Positions 54,469 through 63,751 of a stretch of DNA of 64,000 bases are shown here, piece by piece. Below the pieces are notes generated by a model, which saw nothing but the letters and a program-made list of their open reading frames with translations, ran no database searches and was not told the origin of the DNA. The translations under genes were made by a program, and so were the position numbers. The DNA comes from Paludisphaera mucosa. GTDB lineage: Bacteria; Planctomycetota; Planctomycetia; Isosphaerales; Isosphaeraceae. Each line of letters begins with the position of its first letter. The first letter of the stretch is position 1. The stretch spans positions 236,808 through 300,807 of the forward strand of contig NZ_JARRAG010000001.1 of NCBI RefSeq assembly GCF_029589435.1, read 5' to 3'.

Positions 54469-55725
54469 TCAGCGGGTCGGTAACTCGGCCTGGCCCTTGC
54501 GCTCGGTGTAGTAGGTGAAGACCTCGCGCACGTTGCCGGCGACGCCGTCCACGACCTGGTCCTCGGGCTTCTCCAGCGTGAAGAGCGCCCCCAGCTCGCG
54601 CTCCAGCCGGCGGCGAGCCCCGGCGTCGGCGAGCGAGCGAAGGGTCCCGGGGGTGACGGACTTTTGAAGCTCGTCGAGGGGCCGGCCGCGTTCGACGCCG
54701 TCGGCCACCTTCTCGTTCACCTCCTCGACGTAGCCGCGGAACTCGGCCAGGACCGACTTCCCCTCCTGGACCGCCCCGTGCCCGGGGATCACCCGGTCGA
54801 AGTCGAGGGCTTCGAGCGCCCGCAGGGTGGCGGGCCACTCGTCGGGGAAGCCGTCGCCCATGTAGGGGAGCAGCCCGTGCATCAGGTCGCCGGTCGCGAT
54901 CGTCCGCTCCGAGGGGATGTAGGCGACGACGTCGCCGGCGGTGTGGGCGCGGCCGAGGAACATCAGGTGGACCTCCCGGCCGCCGCGGTGGAGGACGAGC
55001 CGGCGTTCGAACGTCATCGTGGGGAGCGTCACCCGGGGCGGCGTCATCTCCTTGAGGTACGCCTCCAGGCCCTCGATCTGCGCCTTCAAGACGGCGCGCC
55101 GGGACTCGTCCGTGCTGGCCTCGAGCCGGGCGCGGAAGTCGGCGATCTGCCTGGGCAGCGGCTCGAGCGACGCCCTGAGGCGCGGCAGCCCGAGCTTCTC
55201 CAGCCACTCCCGGGTCTTCACCGACGAGATCGTCTCGACGCTCGGGCCGAAGGCCTCGGGGTAGGCCTCGTTGCCCATCGCGTGGTCGCCGTGGAGGTGG
55301 CTGTCGACCACGTAGCGGACCGGCAGCTCGGTGACCTCGGCGCGGATCTGCTGGATCAAAGCCCGCGCGGCCGAGGGCTTGGAATGGGTGTCGACGACCA
55401 GGACGTGATCCTTGTTCACGACGACCGCGGCGTTGCAGTTGAGCATGGCCGTCGGCCGGGCGATCGCGGCGTAGATGCCCTCGGCGACCCGCTTCAGGTC
55501 GAACAGCCGGTCGGACGCCGGCCCGACCCCGACGGGGTGCTGATCGTCGGCGATCGCGCGGACGGGCGACCCCCACGGCGATCCCGCCGCCGCCAGGACG
55601 AGCCCCGCCTTCCCGATCCGCCGCAGGGCCTCGCGCCGCGTCGACTCGGGGCCGTGATGATGATCGTGGCCGTGATGATGATGGCCGTGAGCCTGACCGT
55701 GCCCATGAGACTTCGACTGGCACAT
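54469..55725 (-). CDS. MBL-fold metallo-hydrolase with His-rich N-terminus and Tat-like signal
   Basis: HxHxDH motif DSHLHGDHAMG. The N-terminus is MCQSKSHGHGQAHGHHHHGHDHHHGPESTRREALRRIGKAGLVLAAAG. Internal ATG (reverse complement of 55723-55725) chosen. Confidence 0.8.
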   Translation of the reverse strand: MCQSKSHGHGQAHGHHHHGHDHHHGPESTRREALRRIGKAGLVLAAAGSPWGSPVRAIADDQHPVGVGPASDRLFDLKRVAEGIYAAIARPTAMLNCNAAVVVNKDHVLVVDTHSKPSAARALIQQIRAEVTELPVRYVVDSHLHGDHAMGNEAYPEAFGPSVETISSVKTREWLEKLGLPRLRASLEPLPRQIADFRARLEASTDESRRAVLKAQIEGLEAYLKEMTPPRVTLPTMTFERRLVLHRGGREVHLMFLGRAHTAGDVVAYIPSERTIATGDLMHGLLPYMGDGFPDEWPATLRALEALDFDRVIPGHGAVQEGKSVLAEFRGYVEEVNEKVADGVERGRPLDELQKSVTPGTLRSLADAGARRRLERELGALFTLEKPEDQVVDGVAGNVREVFTYYTERKGQAELPTR

Positions 55726-55910
55726 GGCGCCCCCGATTTTGGAGATGCGGTTCGATTCGAGGTCCGTGATACACGCTCGATCCGGCCGGGACAAGGCCCT
55801 GGGCGGGGCCGTCGCGCCGGCCCCCGGGAACTTGCGGGCCGCCTCGGTCGGGCCTATGCTCGACCCTTCCGAGACTCGAACGACCACACCGAAGCCTGGG
55901 GAGCAAGACC

Positions 55911-56312
55911 ATGGGGATCGACCGACGCACGCGGCTGGCATTCGCCGCCGCGATGATGGGGCTCGTCGTCCTGAACGGCGAGGCGGCCGCGCAGGGCGAG
56001 GCGAAGTCCGAGGCGCCGAAGGGCGTCGTGACGCTCACGGCCTCCTTGAAGGCCAAGCCGGGCCAGGAGGACGCGGTGAAGGAGGCCCTCCTCTCCCTGG
56101 TCGAGCCGACCCGGAAGGAGCCCGGCTGCCTGCACTACATCCTCCACCAGTCGAAGACCGACCCGACCCTGTTCATGTTCTACGAGCAGTGGGAAGGCCA
56201 GGAAGCCCTCGACGCCCACGGCAAGTCGCCCCACATGAAGGCCCTGGGCGCGAAGCTCAAGGACAAGACGGACAAGGGCGGCGGCGTCGTGAAGTACGAC
56301 CTGCTGAAGTGA
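55911..56312 (+). CDS. secreted ABM-domain (antibiotic biosynthesis monooxygenase-like) protein
   Basis: Signal peptide MGIDRRTRLAFAAAMMGLVVLNGEAAAQ. The ferredoxin-like ABM core is VTLTASLKAKPGQEDAVKEALLSLVEPTRKEPGCLHYILHQ...FMFYEQWEGQEALDAH. Confidence 0.7.
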   Translation: MGIDRRTRLAFAAAMMGLVVLNGEAAAQGEAKSEAPKGVVTLTASLKAKPGQEDAVKEALLSLVEPTRKEPGCLHYILHQSKTDPTLFMFYEQWEGQEALDAHGKSPHMKALGAKLKDKTDKGGGVVKYDLLK

Positions 56313-56361
56313 GGCGTCCGCGGCCCCGGGCGTCCACGTCGCGACGCCCGGGCCGCGAGGC

Positions 56362-59300
56362 TCAGCGCCGCCTGGGCCGGGCGAGGTCGCGGCCGACGCC
56401 TTCGAGGGCCTTGAGGGCGTCGCGGCCGAGCGCTCCGCCGGGGCTGTCCGGCTTGCCGCCGGCCGCGGCGGGCGGGATGACGCGGTCGAGCAGGCGGCCG
56501 GCCTCGGCCTGGACGCCCCGCCGGACCATCGATCGGGCGGCGTCCTTCAGGGCGAGTCGCAGGCCGTTGCGGTCGATGGTCGGGTGCGCGATCGTGCCGC
56601 CGATCGGGACGGCGACGTCGGTGCCGCGGACGAACTCCCCGGCCACGGCGTTGCCGCCGAGCATCCGGGCCGTGACGGGCACCGCGGCCCGCATGGCCAG
56701 GGTCTTGTCGAAGCCGACCGACCCGTCGAGCTTCAACGCCGTGTCGGCGTTCAGCGGGATCGTCAGGCCGCTCTGCCTCACGCGGCCGTCGGCGATCTGG
56801 AGCTGCACAGGCTGCTGCAGCTTCAGCTTCGGGTCGGATTCGCCGGTCAGGGCGACCAGCTCGGCGGCGAGCGGGCCGGGCTGGAAGACGACGTCCTGGA
56901 AGACGAGCTGGCCGTCGACGCGCAGGCCCCCGTCGCCGATCAGCGGGATCGAGGCCCCGTCGATCGTCAGCGACACCGCGCCCGAGACGGCGCCGGCCCT
57001 GGCGAGCACCGGGGCGACGTACGCCAGCACGTCGTCCGAGACGGCCTGGTTGATCGCCGCGCCCTCGATCCGGGTCCCCTTCGCCAGGCGGAGCCAGAGC
57101 GCGGCGGGGTCGTCGAGGAGCAGGTCGCCGCCGGCCTCGAGCTTGCCGCCGTTGAGCGTGGTCGAGATCGGGTCGAACACGGCCTTGCCGCCCCCCAGCC
57201 TCAAGACCACCGGGGCCGGGCCGACCACCATCCCGAACGCCTGGGCCGACGCGAGGTCGACCGCCAGCACGCCGTCCAGGTCCTTCAGGATCTCGGAGGT
57301 CGAGCCCCCCGCGAGCGACCCCTTGAGGTGGAACGGCCTCACGGTCGCGCGGACCTGGGCGCGAGGCTCGACGGCCGCGGCCACGATCGGGTCGAGCGTC
57401 TCCCATCGCGGCTCCAGGACGGCCGTGACGTCGGCCAGCCGCCGGGCGCCGACCTCGGCGATCGTCCCCCCGCCCGAGAGGCGGCCGTAGGTCGTGGCCA
57501 GGTCGAAACTCGTCAGGACGAGCTGGTCGCCGGCCGGCGCGTAGGCCCCGTCCAGGGTCAGCGTGGTCGGTCCCCGAGGCGTGGTCGCCACGAGCGCGGG
57601 CGAGTGGATCCAGCCCTTCAAGTCGAGGCGGCCGTCCCCCTGGCGGGCGAGGGTGGCCCGGCCCGACCAGGGCCCGCCGAGGCCCCGCAGGGGAGACCCC
57701 GTCCAGTAGGCGAGGGCCCGATCGAGCGCCGCCAGGTCGCCGACGAGCACGGCGTCGAGGCCCATCGGCGCGTCGGCCTTGCCGAGGCCGGTCAGCATGC
57801 AGCCCTCGGGGCCGACGGCGATCCCGGGCGATGGCTGGGGGCCGACCGGAATCAGGACCAGCCGGCCGGCCTCCAGGTCGAGTTCGCCCTTCGCGACCAG
57901 GGCGATCGCGGCCGGTCCGGCCGTCGGGTCGGTGGGCGTCGCGGTCGCGCGAACGGCGTCGAGGACGTACACCCGGCCGACGCGACGCAGCGAGACCTTC
58001 GCCGAGGCCACGGCCGGGGCGGGGCTCGTGATCGGGGTCGAGCCGTCCAGCTCGAAGGCGACGCCGGCGTCGGTCGACTTCGCGAGCAGGCTCGCCTTCG
58101 TCGCGCCCGCCGAGACGCCCAGGCGGGCGGCCCGCCAGTCCGTGGGCAGGCCGTTCTCGCCGCGAGGGCCGTCGGCGGCCCCGTCGACGCGGACGCGGTC
58201 GCGTGCGATCGGCTCGGCGGTGAGGCCCGCGACGAGCAGGCCGTCGAACTCGGCCGCGAATCGCGCCCGGAACAGGCCGCCGTCGGGGCGATAGTCCGCC
58301 GCCACCCTCCCCTTGCCGGCGAGCCTCACGGCGCCCAGCTCGATCAGCTCGCGGGCCTGCCCCTCGATCGCGGCGAGGTCGACCGCGCCCGTCAGCTTCA
58401 CCCCGCGCTTGAGGTCGCCCGTCGCGGTCGCGTCGACCCCCGCCGCCTTGACGGCGAACGACTCGACGACGACGTCCCCCCCGGTGCGGACCAGGGCGGC
58501 CGACAGCGAGGCGGGCTTCCGCAGCGTCAACGGCCGTCCCCCCTCGGAGGCCGAAAGGTCGGCCACGTCGGTCGAGACGACGAGCCGCTCGACGCCTTCG
58601 CTTTGGCTCAATACGGCCTCGATCCGGGCGCGACCCCGGTCGATCACCAGGCCCGGACGCAGGGGGATCGCCCGGGGCAGCAGCTTCGAGGCCGCGGCCA
58701 GGTCGACGTGCCCCGTCAGCCGCGAGGGTGACCCGGCGGTCGCCGGGACGCCGCCCGTCGCCGTCAGCTCGCCGATCGGGCAGGTCAGGCCGAGCTTGCG
58801 GATCGACCAGCCCGAGGCCGTCTGCTCGACGTCGCAGGCCGTCGTGACGACGTCCAGCGCCAGCCGATCGCCCGCGAAGACGGGCCCGTCGGCGGCGAAC
58901 CCGCGCAGGGCCGCGTCGCCGCTCGCCGACCAGAGGCCCGCCTTGCGCTCGGCCTTGAAGCCGCCGACGAGCCGCCCCTCGGCCCGGACGCCCGCCTGGC
59001 GGACGACCAGGGGCCAGTCCTCGCCCTGGAGGCTCAAGGTCAGGTCGGCCGAGGTCGCTTCGTAGCCGGCGTGCAGTTCGAGGGAACGGCCGCCCTCGAC
59101 CAGCTTCGCCGCGACGTCCACGGGCTTGCCCGGGACGATCGTCGCCTGGGCCTCGAACGCGCCCGCGGAGATCGCTTCGGCCAGCTCGGGGCTCGCGATC
59201 CGCAGGCGGCCTCCTTTCACGATCACCGTGGCGGCGAGGCCCGGACCGGGAGCCGGCTCGGCCCCCTTCGGGGCGCCGCCCTCGCCGCCGCCGCCCATGA

Positions 59301-59718
59301 GGCCGTGGATCGCTTCCAGCACGTCGACGGAGCCGTCGGCCCGACGCTCGACGTCGACGGTCGCCCCGTCGACGCGGATCGTGCCGTAATCCGGTCGGGC
59401 CGTGAGCAATCCGACGAGCCCTCGGTCGGTCCGGACCGACTCGGCGGCGGCCACGGTCTTGCCCTGCGGATCGCGCAGGGCGACGTCGCGCAGGACGAGC
59501 CCGCGAGACCAGGAGAGCGACGTCCCGCCGATCTCGATCCGTCCGGGATGGAGCCGCTTGTTGATCGCCTGCACCAGCAGGCGGCGGGCGGGCGCGGTGC
59601 TGAGCACGGTCGGCGTCGACGCGAGCGCGAGCAGGAAGATGATCGAGAGGACGGCGATCCAGCGGACGAGCCGGCGGAATCGCCTGGGCGGCTTCGCGGC
59701 GATGACCTGATCTTGCAT
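56362..59718 (-). CDS. AsmA/TamB-like large envelope protein with N-terminal TM anchor
   Basis: TM segment WIAVLSIIFLLALAS. A long Ala/Gly/Val-rich beta-rich body follows, with DUF748/AsmA-like organisation. The first ATG is the reverse complement of 59716-59718; the track start is a GTG. Confidence 0.7.
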   Translation of the reverse strand: MQDQVIAAKPPRRFRRLVRWIAVLSIIFLLALASTPTVLSTAPARRLLVQAINKRLHPGRIEIGGTSLSWSRGLVLRDVALRDPQGKTVAAAESVRTDRGLVGLLTARPDYGTIRVDGATVDVERRADGSVDVLEAIHGLMGGGGEGGAPKGAEPAPGPGLAATVIVKGGRLRIASPELAEAISAGAFEAQATIVPGKPVDVAAKLVEGGRSLELHAGYEATSADLTLSLQGEDWPLVVRQAGVRAEGRLVGGFKAERKAGLWSASGDAALRGFAADGPVFAGDRLALDVVTTACDVEQTASGWSIRKLGLTCPIGELTATGGVPATAGSPSRLTGHVDLAAASKLLPRAIPLRPGLVIDRGRARIEAVLSQSEGVERLVVSTDVADLSASEGGRPLTLRKPASLSAALVRTGGDVVVESFAVKAAGVDATATGDLKRGVKLTGAVDLAAIEGQARELIELGAVRLAGKGRVAADYRPDGGLFRARFAAEFDGLLVAGLTAEPIARDRVRVDGAADGPRGENGLPTDWRAARLGVSAGATKASLLAKSTDAGVAFELDGSTPITSPAPAVASAKVSLRRVGRVYVLDAVRATATPTDPTAGPAAIALVAKGELDLEAGRLVLIPVGPQPSPGIAVGPEGCMLTGLGKADAPMGLDAVLVGDLAALDRALAYWTGSPLRGLGGPWSGRATLARQGDGRLDLKGWIHSPALVATTPRGPTTLTLDGAYAPAGDQLVLTSFDLATTYGRLSGGGTIAEVGARRLADVTAVLEPRWETLDPIVAAAVEPRAQVRATVRPFHLKGSLAGGSTSEILKDLDGVLAVDLASAQAFGMVVGPAPVVLRLGGGKAVFDPISTTLNGGKLEAGGDLLLDDPAALWLRLAKGTRIEGAAINQAVSDDVLAYVAPVLARAGAVSGAVSLTIDGASIPLIGDGGLRVDGQLVFQDVVFQPGPLAAELVALTGESDPKLKLQQPVQLQIADGRVRQSGLTIPLNADTALKLDGSVGFDKTLAMRAAVPVTARMLGGNAVAGEFVRGTDVAVPIGGTIAHPTIDRNGLRLALKDAARSMVRRGVQAEAGRLLDRVIPPAAAGGKPDSPGGALGRDALKALEGVGRDLARPRRR

Positions 59719-59799
59719 GACCTCGCGCACTCCTTTGCGGGCGGACTACCTGAGTCGGCCGGACCGAGGTCGATCCGACCCATCGTCTCCTGTCAAACG

Positions 59800-60514
59800 T
59801 CGACCCGAGGCGTCCGCCCGCTCCACATCCGGTGGAACCCGACGCAGGCCTGGTGCGGGTCGTTCCGATGGCGTCGACTCTCGGGGTTGCGTCGACCCTG
59901 CAACGGGCCGCGTGGGGGTGCCCGCCGGAGGTGGTGGAGTAACCGACGAACGACCTACCGGCTTCGAGGTTCCTGGCGACGCTGGCGACCCCGCCGAGGG
60001 TGCCCAGGTCATACATCGCGCCTTGTCTGTAGAGGAACGCATGGATGACGCCCGCCGCCGCCGAACCGACGGACCGACGACGTCCCCGGCGATGTTGAAC
60101 GAGAAGCCGACGCTATCGCCGCCAGCATCGGCGAGCAAGCCCAGGTCTTGCAACGCCTCCTGTTATTCGACAGGACGGCGTGCGGGACTCCGCCGGAGTT
60201 CGTGCAAGCCCGGTGATGACGCCCGAGTGGTTGACGGCCCACCCGGTGCTGGTCGTTCCGCCGAGCGTCCCCAGGTCATGGAGGACGCCCCCGCTGAAGT
60301 CGATGCCGTGCGTCTCGCCACCGTTGGTCGTCGAAGAGCCCCCGACCTGGCCCTGGAAGTTCATGTCGACCGCATTGCCTACGGCGCCCAGCGTCCCCAG
60401 GTCGGTGACCGCATGGAGCGGACTCGCCAGGCAGACGCGGGGCTCCCCGGCCAGGACCGCGGCCGGGATCATGAGCAGAAACCCGATGGATCGATGCCGG
60501 CGTGCTTGGGACAT
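59800..60514 (-). pseudogene. HAF-family extracellular repeat protein remnant with multiple frameshifts
   Basis: Signal-peptide start MSQARRHRSIGFLLMIPAAVLAG follows an AAGGAG RBS. HAF repeat units (DLGTLGG..S.A.N..G.VVG.S......HAFLY..G.M.DLG) are spread over four reading frames: A (60113-60514), D (60009-60242), B (59746-60153) and C. Confidence 0.5.
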
Positions 60515-60714
60515 GGCGTACTCCTTTCGAGCCGATCGACTCGAAGGCGGGGCGAGAGCTTCCGTCTTCAGGCTTCCTTGCTCTGGGCGGTTCGCCTTCT
60601 TGAAGCGGCATCTGGAGAAGAGCTTCGATCGCTGAAACCACGCCCGTCCTCGGGGGGTATTCGCCGTCGGGTCGAACGACCGATCGGCTGGTTTCTTCCT
60701 CGGGGGGATCGACG

Positions 60715-62451
60715 ATGGCCAGGGGATTGCGGCCTCTCGGCGCGGGACTGGTTGCGGCCTGTGCGATCGCATGGCCCTCCGACGACCGGGCCGTGCGGGC
60801 GGACGATTCGGCGCCGAGGGCCGCCGCGACCGACCCCGCGGAGACGAAGTACCTGTCGTTCCAGCTCATGACCGGCCTCCCCGGCTATGCCGGGCCGCCG
60901 CCCGCCCCCGGCCGTTCCTCGCTCGAGAAGGGGCAGCTGGACGCGTTCGTGCGCGACCTGGCGAAGGCGATCGGGGCGACGGGGGACGCGCGTCGCAAAT
61001 TGTGCTTCGCCGTCGGGCCGCTCTGCTTCGACATGCCCGACGACGAGACCCGCCGGTTCATCCGCGACGCCTTCGCGGTGGCCCGGGAGAACGACGTGGC
61101 GGTGGCGTTCCACATCGACGACTCGATGTCGTGGGGGAAGCGGAAAGACCTCCTCTCGGATCCGGACAACATCGAGACGGCGGGCTGGGGCGAGCCGCCG
61201 AACGCGGGACGGCGTGCGGACTGGGGGCCGACGCCGACGAGGTTCCCCCCCCAGATGTGTTTCAACAGCCCGGCGATCGTCGCGGCGGTCAGGGGCCGCG
61301 GAGGGGTGATCGGCCGGGAGATCCGGCGGGAACTGACGGCCCTGGAGTCCCAGGGGAAGCCACACCTCTTCGCCGGCGTGATGACGGGATGGGAGACGCA
61401 GATCGGCAGCGATTTCGACACGAATCGCCCGCTCGGATTCCGCGCGCTCGGCCATCGCGGATTCAGCCGAAGCAACCCGCCCCAGGACCTGGATCGCGAA
61501 CGCGTGCGGGTCGTCAGGGAATTCATGGAAGCCTGGGCCGAGGCGCTGCACGAGGGCGGCGTCCCTCGCGAACGGATCTTCTGCCACATCGCGTTCACCG
61601 ACCAGGGCCTGCGCGAGGCGGACGCCAAGGAGTCCTACGCCCGGAAGGTCCATTTCGCCGCGCCGGAGGTGGCCTTCAGCTCCGCTTACCGTCCCGGGTT
61701 CTCCACGTATCCCGAGGGGGCGACGTTCAGGGAGATCTACGCCGTCCTGAAGGAGCACGGCGCTTCGGGGTGGATCTCCGCCGAGGGGGCCAACGTGTCG
61801 CCCACGAGCATGCCGGGCGAGCCGACGATGGAGACGTATCTCGGACGCATGTTCAACCACGGGGCGGTGATGACGAACATCTTCTCGTGGGGCATCGGCG
61901 GCGAGGCGATGCGCGACAACTTCTTCCGCAAGGCGACGGAGAACCCGGAGGCGCTGGCGGCCTACGCGAAATTCCTGCGGGGAGAGCCCCTCGTCGAATC
62001 CGCCGCGACGGGCTTTTCGAGCGAGGCGTTCCAGGCCAAGATGCGCCGGATCCAAGGAGAACTCCTCGGCCGGATCCCGAAGTCGGGCAAGCGGGCGCAG
62101 GCGATGCCGCTGGTGCAGAAGCTCCAGGGGCTCGTGAATCAGAAGGAGTGGCGAGGCGCGGACAAGGCCGCCGACGAACTCCTGGAGCTGATGAAAGGGG
62201 ACGAGGGAGAGATGAAAGAAGGGCCGCAAGCGTCCCCGGTTCAGGAGCGCCTGCCGGCCAAGATTCAGAAGATCCAGAAGGAGCTCCCCGCGTGGGTCCA
62301 GGGGGACGCTGACAGGCGGAAGAAAGCGGCCGCGCTCATGCAGTCGCTCGACGAACAGCTCAAGGCCGTGAACCTGGACCAGGCCGAGAAGACGGCCGAC
62401 GCCCTCCTGAAGCTGATCGGCGGCGGGACGCCGATGCCGGACGACGAATGA
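60715..62451 (+). CDS. hypothetical secreted protein (578 aa)
   Basis: Signal peptide MARGLRPLGAGLVAACAIAWPSDD. Balanced composition with a Lys/Glu-rich C-terminal third. No recognisable domain. Confidence 0.6.
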   Translation: MARGLRPLGAGLVAACAIAWPSDDRAVRADDSAPRAAATDPAETKYLSFQLMTGLPGYAGPPPAPGRSSLEKGQLDAFVRDLAKAIGATGDARRKLCFAVGPLCFDMPDDETRRFIRDAFAVARENDVAVAFHIDDSMSWGKRKDLLSDPDNIETAGWGEPPNAGRRADWGPTPTRFPPQMCFNSPAIVAAVRGRGGVIGREIRRELTALESQGKPHLFAGVMTGWETQIGSDFDTNRPLGFRALGHRGFSRSNPPQDLDRERVRVVREFMEAWAEALHEGGVPRERIFCHIAFTDQGLREADAKESYARKVHFAAPEVAFSSAYRPGFSTYPEGATFREIYAVLKEHGASGWISAEGANVSPTSMPGEPTMETYLGRMFNHGAVMTNIFSWGIGGEAMRDNFFRKATENPEALAAYAKFLRGEPLVESAATGFSSEAFQAKMRRIQGELLGRIPKSGKRAQAMPLVQKLQGLVNQKEWRGADKAADELLELMKGDEGEMKEGPQASPVQERLPAKIQKIQKELPAWVQGDADRRKKAAALMQSLDEQLKAVNLDQAEKTADALLKLIGGGTPMPDDE

Positions 62452-62553
62452 CAGGCGCGATTCCTCCGCGAATTCGGCAGACTCTCCAGCATCGCCGTCG
62501 GGAAAGTCCAGGACGAACGGGATCCCAGGGCCGAGCAGCGGGGCGAGCGAACG

Positions 62554-63327
62554 ATGTCGGTTGATCCCCAGGGACTGGCTCGGCGCATGCTGGCGGATTT
62601 CGACGCCAGGACGCCGGGCCGACTCTTCGCCGAGCCGATCGACCTGACCTCCGGCCAGGCTTACGCCCTTCAGGCCGAGGTCGCACGGCTTCGCGAGGCG
62701 CGCGGGGAGCGGGTGGTCGGCTACAAGCTCGGCTGCACGAGCCCGGCCGTGCAGAAGCAACTGGGGATCGACGAGCCGATTTTCGCGCGCCTCTTCGACA
62801 CGGATCGTCACGACTCGGAAACGCGGCTGTCTCACGCCTCCTACGCCAACCTGGCCGTCGAAGGCGAGCTCGCCGTCCGCCTGGCCGCGGACTTGCCCCC
62901 CACGATACCCGCCGGCGAAGGATGCCTGGATGCGATCGAGTCGACCTTCCCGGTCATCGAACTGCACCATTACGTGCTCCGGAGCCCGAAGCCCTGCGTG
63001 CACGAATTGATCGCAACCAACGGCATGCACGCCGGGTTCGTGCTGGCCGAGGGATCGAGCGGCGGGCCGCGGGCCCGGGTGCGGAACTTGACCGTCGCCC
63101 TCAACGATGAGATCTTCGGACGGAGCGATTCGCCGTGGACGATGGCCGACCCGATCGCATCCCTGCGCTGGCTGGCGGCCCGGCTGGGGGAGCATGGACT
63201 CGGGCTCTCCCGCGGCCAGGTGATCCTGACCGGTTCGCCGTTGCCGTTGTATCCGGTCGGCCCGGGCGACCGGGTCGTCGTCGAGGCCCCGCCCCTCGCA
63301 AGATGCCGTGTTTCGGTGGATTCGTAA
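62554..63327 (+). CDS. 2-keto-4-pentenoate hydratase / fumarylacetoacetate hydrolase-family protein
   Basis: VGYKLGCTSPAVQKQLGIDEPIFARLF and NLAVEGELAVRL match the MhpD/HpcG hydratase family. Confidence 0.75.
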   Translation: MSVDPQGLARRMLADFDARTPGRLFAEPIDLTSGQAYALQAEVARLREARGERVVGYKLGCTSPAVQKQLGIDEPIFARLFDTDRHDSETRLSHASYANLAVEGELAVRLAADLPPTIPAGEGCLDAIESTFPVIELHHYVLRSPKPCVHELIATNGMHAGFVLAEGSSGGPRARVRNLTVALNDEIFGRSDSPWTMADPIASLRWLAARLGEHGLGLSRGQVILTGSPLPLYPVGPGDRVVVEAPPLARCRVSVDS

Positions 63328-63351
63328 CTTCCAGGTATGAGGAGTTCGACG

Positions 63352-63672
63352 ATGGGTTACGACGGCAGGGCGGTCCTGGGGTTCCTCGGCGACGCGCACG
63401 ACACGCCGCTCCTCACCGACCGCGAGAAGCACCTCCTCGGGCTGGCCGTGACCATGACCCGGGGGTGCCAGGTCTGCACCCGGAACCGGATCGAGAAGGC
63501 GCGGGCGACGGGCATCGGCGACGACGTGCTCAACGCCCTGGTGGACGTCGTCGCCGCGGTCAACGCCGGCGTGACGGCCGCCACCGCGCGCGAGGGATTC
63601 CGGCTGGCCGACGCCCCCGCGGCCGAGTCGACGTGCGGCGATCTCTGCGCCGCCGAGGGGGGGCGCTCTTGA
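63352..63672 (+). CDS. carboxymuconolactone decarboxylase (AhpD-like) family protein
   Basis: CMD core LLGLAVTMTRGCQVCTRNRIEKARATG. ATG at 63352 has GAGGAG 6 nt upstream; the track ORF starts at 63337. Confidence 0.7.
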   Translation: MGYDGRAVLGFLGDAHDTPLLTDREKHLLGLAVTMTRGCQVCTRNRIEKARATGIGDDVLNALVDVVAAVNAGVTAATAREGFRLADAPAAESTCGDLCAAEGGRS

Positions 63673-63751
63673 GGCCGCCCGCGAGGCCGACGCCCCCGGC
63701 CGCCCGCTTCGTCCGGGATGTGCGAGACCGTCGCAGAGAGGATGAAGCGTC

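Noticed and set aside
56180-60016. 1278-aa minus ORF
   Set aside because: An out-of-frame readthrough of the AsmA-like gene. Only its extreme N-terminal part, an HAF repeat fragment, is real, and that belongs to the pseudogene.
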